From Anaerohalosphaeraceae bacterium (GTDB lineage Bacteria; Planctomycetota; Phycisphaerae; Sedimentisphaerales; Anaerohalosphaeraceae): 18,785 nucleotides of DNA. The position numbers and the translations under genes are program-made. This document shows positions 16,201-18,785 of the stretch, in pieces. The notes beneath the pieces were generated by a model that saw only the letters and a program-made list of their open reading frames with translations, made no database searches and was not told the origin of the DNA. The stretch spans positions 1-18,785 of the forward strand of contig JBNRMN010000014.1 in assembly GCA_050309605.1 (NCBI GenBank), in the 5' to 3' direction. Numbering within the stretch: position 1 is the first letter of the stretch; every line of letters starts with the position of its first letter.

Positions 16201-18216
16201 CATAATAAGGTCATTGAAGGACATCGCTGCCCGGCCGCTCAGTTCGTCCGGTCGATAGCCGGTCAGTTCCAGACAGCCGTCGCTGACAAATTCCATCGGC
16301 CAGTCCGGCTCGTTGGCGCAGCGATACGATATCCCCGGCAGATTGGACATCAGCGTCGTCAGCTTCCGCTCGCTTTCGTGCAGGGCTTCTTCGGCCAGCT
16401 TGCGGGATGTAATGTTTTCATGGCTGACGACCACCCGCTGCGTGTTGTCACCGGCAAACCGCGTCACCCGCCCAATGAACCATCGCTGCTCGTCGGGGCT
16501 GTGGCAGGGATATTCCATCTCGAAGGCGTCGCGCCGGCCGCATAGCACCGAGCGAATGCCTTCGGCAAACGCTCTGGCCTGTGCCGCGTCGTCGCCTTCG
16601 GCCGCATCGCAGATCGCCAGATAGTTGGCGCCTTTGCCCGCATTGGCCGAGACCGGCGGATTGTTTTCGGCGAACGTGCTCCAGGCCCGATTGACTTCAA
16701 TGATGGTTCCTTCCGCATCCAGCACACAGATATGCGCCAAAAGCGAGTCAATCGTGCTCTGGGCAAATTCCCGCGACTTGCGCAGTGTGTCATGCATCTG
16801 GTGGCGTTCAATCGCCATGGCAATGGTTTCAGCAATGGCGGATACCAGATCGTGTTCGCTGTCAAGAAACGGCGTTTCGTTCGGACCGACAGGGCGGGTG
16901 TAATACACGTTGATTGCACCGACCGGCGTCCCGCCGACATCAATCGGGCTGTCCAGCTTGTATGCACCGGCCTGAAAGGATTTCGATTGATATACAATAT
17001 CATGCACAACGATTTCAGCACAGACCGCCTCCGGATGCTGAAACGCCGGCGGAATAAGACGGCTGATTTCCTGAAGCATTGCCGGAAGCGGCGTCGCCGT
17101 CTTCGACAATATATTTGAAATGGAATAAAGGCATTTCAGCTCTTTGGTGCGCTCAATTAAATCCTGAGTCTGTTGTTCCAGTCGTTCTTGATCTTTCTTG
17201 CGATCGGTGATGTCCTGAAAGACAATGGCCGTTCGTCCTTCCATGATCCGATACGCATTGATATGAAAGTGCCGTTCAAGCGGCTGAACATGCTGCTCAA
17301 AACTGATCGGTTTGCCGGTTTGCGCCACCCGACCGTATATTTGAATCAGCGGGGTCTGTTCAATGCCGGCGACAACGTCGCTGCCGCGACGCCCGACCAC
17401 CGCTTCTGATTTCAGTCCGGTGTGCCGTTCAAAAGCGGGGTTGGCGTCCAGAAAGACAAAATCCACCGGTTTTCCCTGCGCATCAAAGACCATTTCGAGA
17501 ACGGCCACACCGCTGACCGCATTTTCTATCAGCAGTCGATGATTTTGTTCACTGTCGCGCAACGCGCTTTCGGTTTTAATCAGACGATAATAGTGGCCGC
17601 AGGCTGTTGCTGCCAGTGCCAGAGCCGCGATTAAGGTCAGTTCCAACGCCAATGGCAGTGCGGCTTTGCCGATAACCGTCCAGCTCCAGTCGGAAGCATC
17701 CGCATCGATGCCCAGCATGGCAAGCGTTTTACCCGTTTGCGGACAGACCAGCGGAACCAATGCGCTGACCCACGTGCCCCATTCATCGGCTAACGGCCCC
17801 TCGACAAACGGCTGTTGGGTGTCAAAGGCTGCGATCAACGCTTCAGACGCCTCCGGATACCGTTCTCCCGGCTGACAGGGCGGCGTGTCCTCAGAGGCAC
17901 TTTGCACGTCCAGCAGAAAATAAACGTCTCCCTCATCGTTGCGCGCCATTAGATACACATAGACATATGCCTCATTGGCCTGTTTGATCCGGGAGAGTTG
18001 GTTATCAAGATAGGCAAATTCCGGCTTATCTAAATCCGCCTCAGTGCCTGTCAGTGCTGATAGAAAATCTTCGTCCAACGCTTGCGCAATGAGTGCGGCC
18101 TGCTTGAGCAGTTCCCGGCGGAGCTGACCGTCGGTGCGTCGAACAGTCCAGACCGAAAACAACGATGCAGCCGCCATAACCAATCCGACAGCGATGATCC
18201 ATCGGCGACGCGACAT
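13216..18216 (-). CDS. Membrane-bound multi-sensor hybrid histidine kinase (TM-Cache-like-TM, about 5 PAS, GAF-like, HisKA, HATPase, 2 REC, Hpt)
   Basis: [37 protein letters not shown]; two receivers ([30 protein letters not shown]); Hpt AHTIKGAA; repeated DIT.RK PAS ends; SD GGAG. Confidence 0.95.
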   Translation of the reverse strand: MSRRRWIIAVGLVMAAASLFSVWTVRRTDGQLRRELLKQAALIAQALDEDFLSALTGTEADLDKPEFAYLDNQLSRIKQANEAYVYVYLMARNDEGDVYFLLDVQSASEDTPPCQPGERYPEASEALIAAFDTQQPFVEGPLADEWGTWVSALVPLVCPQTGKTLAMLGIDADASDWSWTVIGKAALPLALELTLIAALALAATACGHYYRLIKTESALRDSEQNHRLLIENAVSGVAVLEMVFDAQGKPVDFVFLDANPAFERHTGLKSEAVVGRRGSDVVAGIEQTPLIQIYGRVAQTGKPISFEQHVQPLERHFHINAYRIMEGRTAIVFQDITDRKKDQERLEQQTQDLIERTKELKCLYSISNILSKTATPLPAMLQEISRLIPPAFQHPEAVCAEIVVHDIVYQSKSFQAGAYKLDSPIDVGGTPVGAINVYYTRPVGPNETPFLDSEHDLVSAIAETIAMAIERHQMHDTLRKSREFAQSTIDSLLAHICVLDAEGTIIEVNRAWSTFAENNPPVSANAGKGANYLAICDAAEGDDAAQARAFAEGIRSVLCGRRDAFEMEYPCHSPDEQRWFIGRVTRFAGDNTQRVVVSHENITSRKLAEEALHESERKLTTLMSNLPGISYRCANEPDWPMEFVSDGCLELTGYRPDELSGRAAMSFNDLIMPEDRQRLWDKWQELLAKREKFTEEYQICTKDGQIKWVWEQGHGVFSDSGEVIALEGFITDITARKQAEAVLADEAVRRRILFEQSPDGIVVLDMEGRVYEANKRFADMLGYTPEEVLELGLWDWDAQWSKATLQEMVRNTTVDGLNFETRHLRKDGTCYDVDISSYMAHCGGQNLVFCICRDISDRKRAEAALASAHENLKTILDSAPFGVAIIDKTRTILWANKAVCEFAKVNRLDEIRGKPCGTFLCPAADHECPILDKGQTLDNSERVFRCRDGRTFPILKTAIEINLEGKDVLLETFIDITDLKNAEQRLETALRESEKLNRHLEEQTQYANRLAAEAEAANAAKSQFLANMSHEIRTPMNGVIGMTGLLLDSDLNAEQREFAEIIKSCGESLLALINDILDYSKIDAGKLELEDLDFDIRDVLEDFAGTMAIRAHQKNLEFICAADPDVPSYLKGDPGRLRQILTNLVGNAVKFTDEGEIAVHVRTETKTENHITLRFSIRDTGIGIPADKMDHLFEKFMQVDASTTRKYGGTGLGLAISRQLAELMGGQIGVNSEEGRGSEFWFTVRLGLRPESDKPPCPQTDLKGKRILIVDDNATNRQILALRLKSWAMQTDEVPDAATALEMLAQACSQHKPYDAVITDMQMPEMDGLMLGEAIRRDHRFDSVHLIMMSSLGEPASRDEMDRLRFAACLNKPIRPSELFTRLKAALTGHTVSVEPKPKADLSLSLEPGSARILLAEDNTTNQQVALSILRRMGLHADAVANGAEAVKALEDIPYDLVLMDVQMPEMDGLEATRIIRNPASAVRCHEIPIIAMTAHAMQGDRQRCIEAGMNDYISKPVTPRGLADTLSQWLPKSDKPNSDIHAAAPHSDTAADTGTPVFDREGFLDRLMGDAEMAKTVIEVFLCDIPAQIESLKQSLQDTDIETAERIAHTIKGAAASVGGEVLRELAAEIEHACKHNALDHADDRVAELARRFDALKDIMENLKL

Positions 18217-18226
18217 ATCAACTCCG

Positions 18227-18433
18227 TTATTGGGTTATTGGGTTGTCAAGCTGTTCGGCGATTTCCGGGGCCAGACGAAAGCCGACGTCCATGACGCGCG
18301 AAAAATCCGGATCAAGAACATCGCGTATATTGTGTTCGTCGAGAAATTCGCGGGACAGCGACGCGGCTGTGTCAAAATGTCCCTTGGCGATCCGCCGCCG
18401 CATCCAGTGGAGTATTTTATCTTCGGTAATCAT
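18227..18433 (-). CDS. Small hypothetical protein (68 aa)
   Basis: SD GAAAGGA before ATG, helical-looking sequence, stop 10 nt before the kinase start. Confidence 0.7.
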   Translation of the reverse strand: MITEDKILHWMRRRIAKGHFDTAASLSREFLDEHNIRDVLDPDFSRVMDVGFRLAPEIAEQLDNPITQ

Positions 18434-18461
18434 AGCAGTTCCTTTCAGTTGATTCGTCGTT

Positions 18462-18488
18462 TAATCGTCTTTTTAGAAAGGCAACTTA
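18462..18488 (-). promoter_or_regulatory. Candidate sigma28 (FliA) promoter
   Basis: Minus strand TAAG-15 nt-GACGATTA versus consensus TAAA-N15-GCCGATAA. Confidence 0.4.
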
Positions 18489-18508
18489 ATGGATTATGGG
18501 CTTGTCAT

Positions 18509-18546
18509 AAAAAAGATGCGACGGAAACGCCGCTCCCGTCGCATCT
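18509..18546 (-). terminator. Rho-independent terminator
   Basis: 11-bp stem AGATGCGACGG/CCGTCGCATCT followed by a T run on the minus strand, just downstream of the stop at 18569. Confidence 0.8.
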
Positions 18547-18568
18547 GCTTTGCGGTGCACGAATCAGC

Positions 18569-18784
18569 TTATGCATCAAAGTCCGAAAAGTCGTCATCCA
18601 GCGGCAGGGTTTTTTTCGCCGGCGCCGCGGATTTGGTTTTGACCTCGGAGGATTTCGCCGTGTCCTTTTTGCCGTCGGCGATGGCGTGGAACGTCCGGTC
18701 GCCAAGGCCCAGCTTGCCCTTGGACGAGCCGGCGCCGGTCGCCCGGCGGGGCGGTTGAGCATGGCCCTGAAGCCGCCGTCCCGA
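18569..18784 (-). CDS. C-terminal fragment, probably of a methyl-accepting chemotaxis protein
   Basis: Frame not in the ORF track (no start in window): ...GSSKGKLGLGDRTFHAIADGKKDTAKSSEVKTKSAAPAKKTLPLDDDFSDFDA*; flexible tail ending PLDDDFSDF as in MCP C-termini; followed by a terminator. Confidence 0.6.
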   Translation of the reverse strand, partial: SGRRLQGHAQPPRRATGAGSSKGKLGLGDRTFHAIADGKKDTAKSSEVKTKSAAPAKKTLPLDDDFSDFDA

Positions 18785-18785
18785 A

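Noticed and set aside
18489..18762. ORF-track calls 18489..18758 (+) and 18505..18762 (-)
   Set aside because: Both run through the terminator; the third minus-strand frame ending at 18569 explains the region better.

Overview
Bacterial chromosomal window; a Planctomycetota (Phycisphaerae-like) host is a weak inference from protein style only. Left part (1-~3045, visibly AT-richer): the 3' end of a group II intron (maturase tail with an in-frame TGA, intact domains V/VI, ending ~558) running into a same-strand set of secreted hypothetical proteins (349-aa possible LolA-like protein, Cys-rich small protein, a short signal-peptide stub cut off at an inverted-repeat element, HEAT-repeat protein). 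Right part (GC-rich): a four-lipoprotein operon (COG3014-like TPR, YcfL-like, LpoB-like, DUF4056-like), a cytochrome c-fused PQQ-type sugar dehydrogenase, a DeoR regulator divergent from a fused E1alpha/beta plus two-lipoyl E2 dehydrogenase operon with no E3, a 1666-aa multi-PAS hybrid histidine kinase preceded by a 68-aa gene and a candidate sigma28 promoter, and the 3' end of a probable chemoreceptor. Best leads: the intron end supplying the only SD+ATG for the downstream gene, the AT-rich secreted-protein cassette with its inverted-repeat junction, and the DeoR-linked atypical E1/E2 complex. Family calls come from motif recognition, not database searches.
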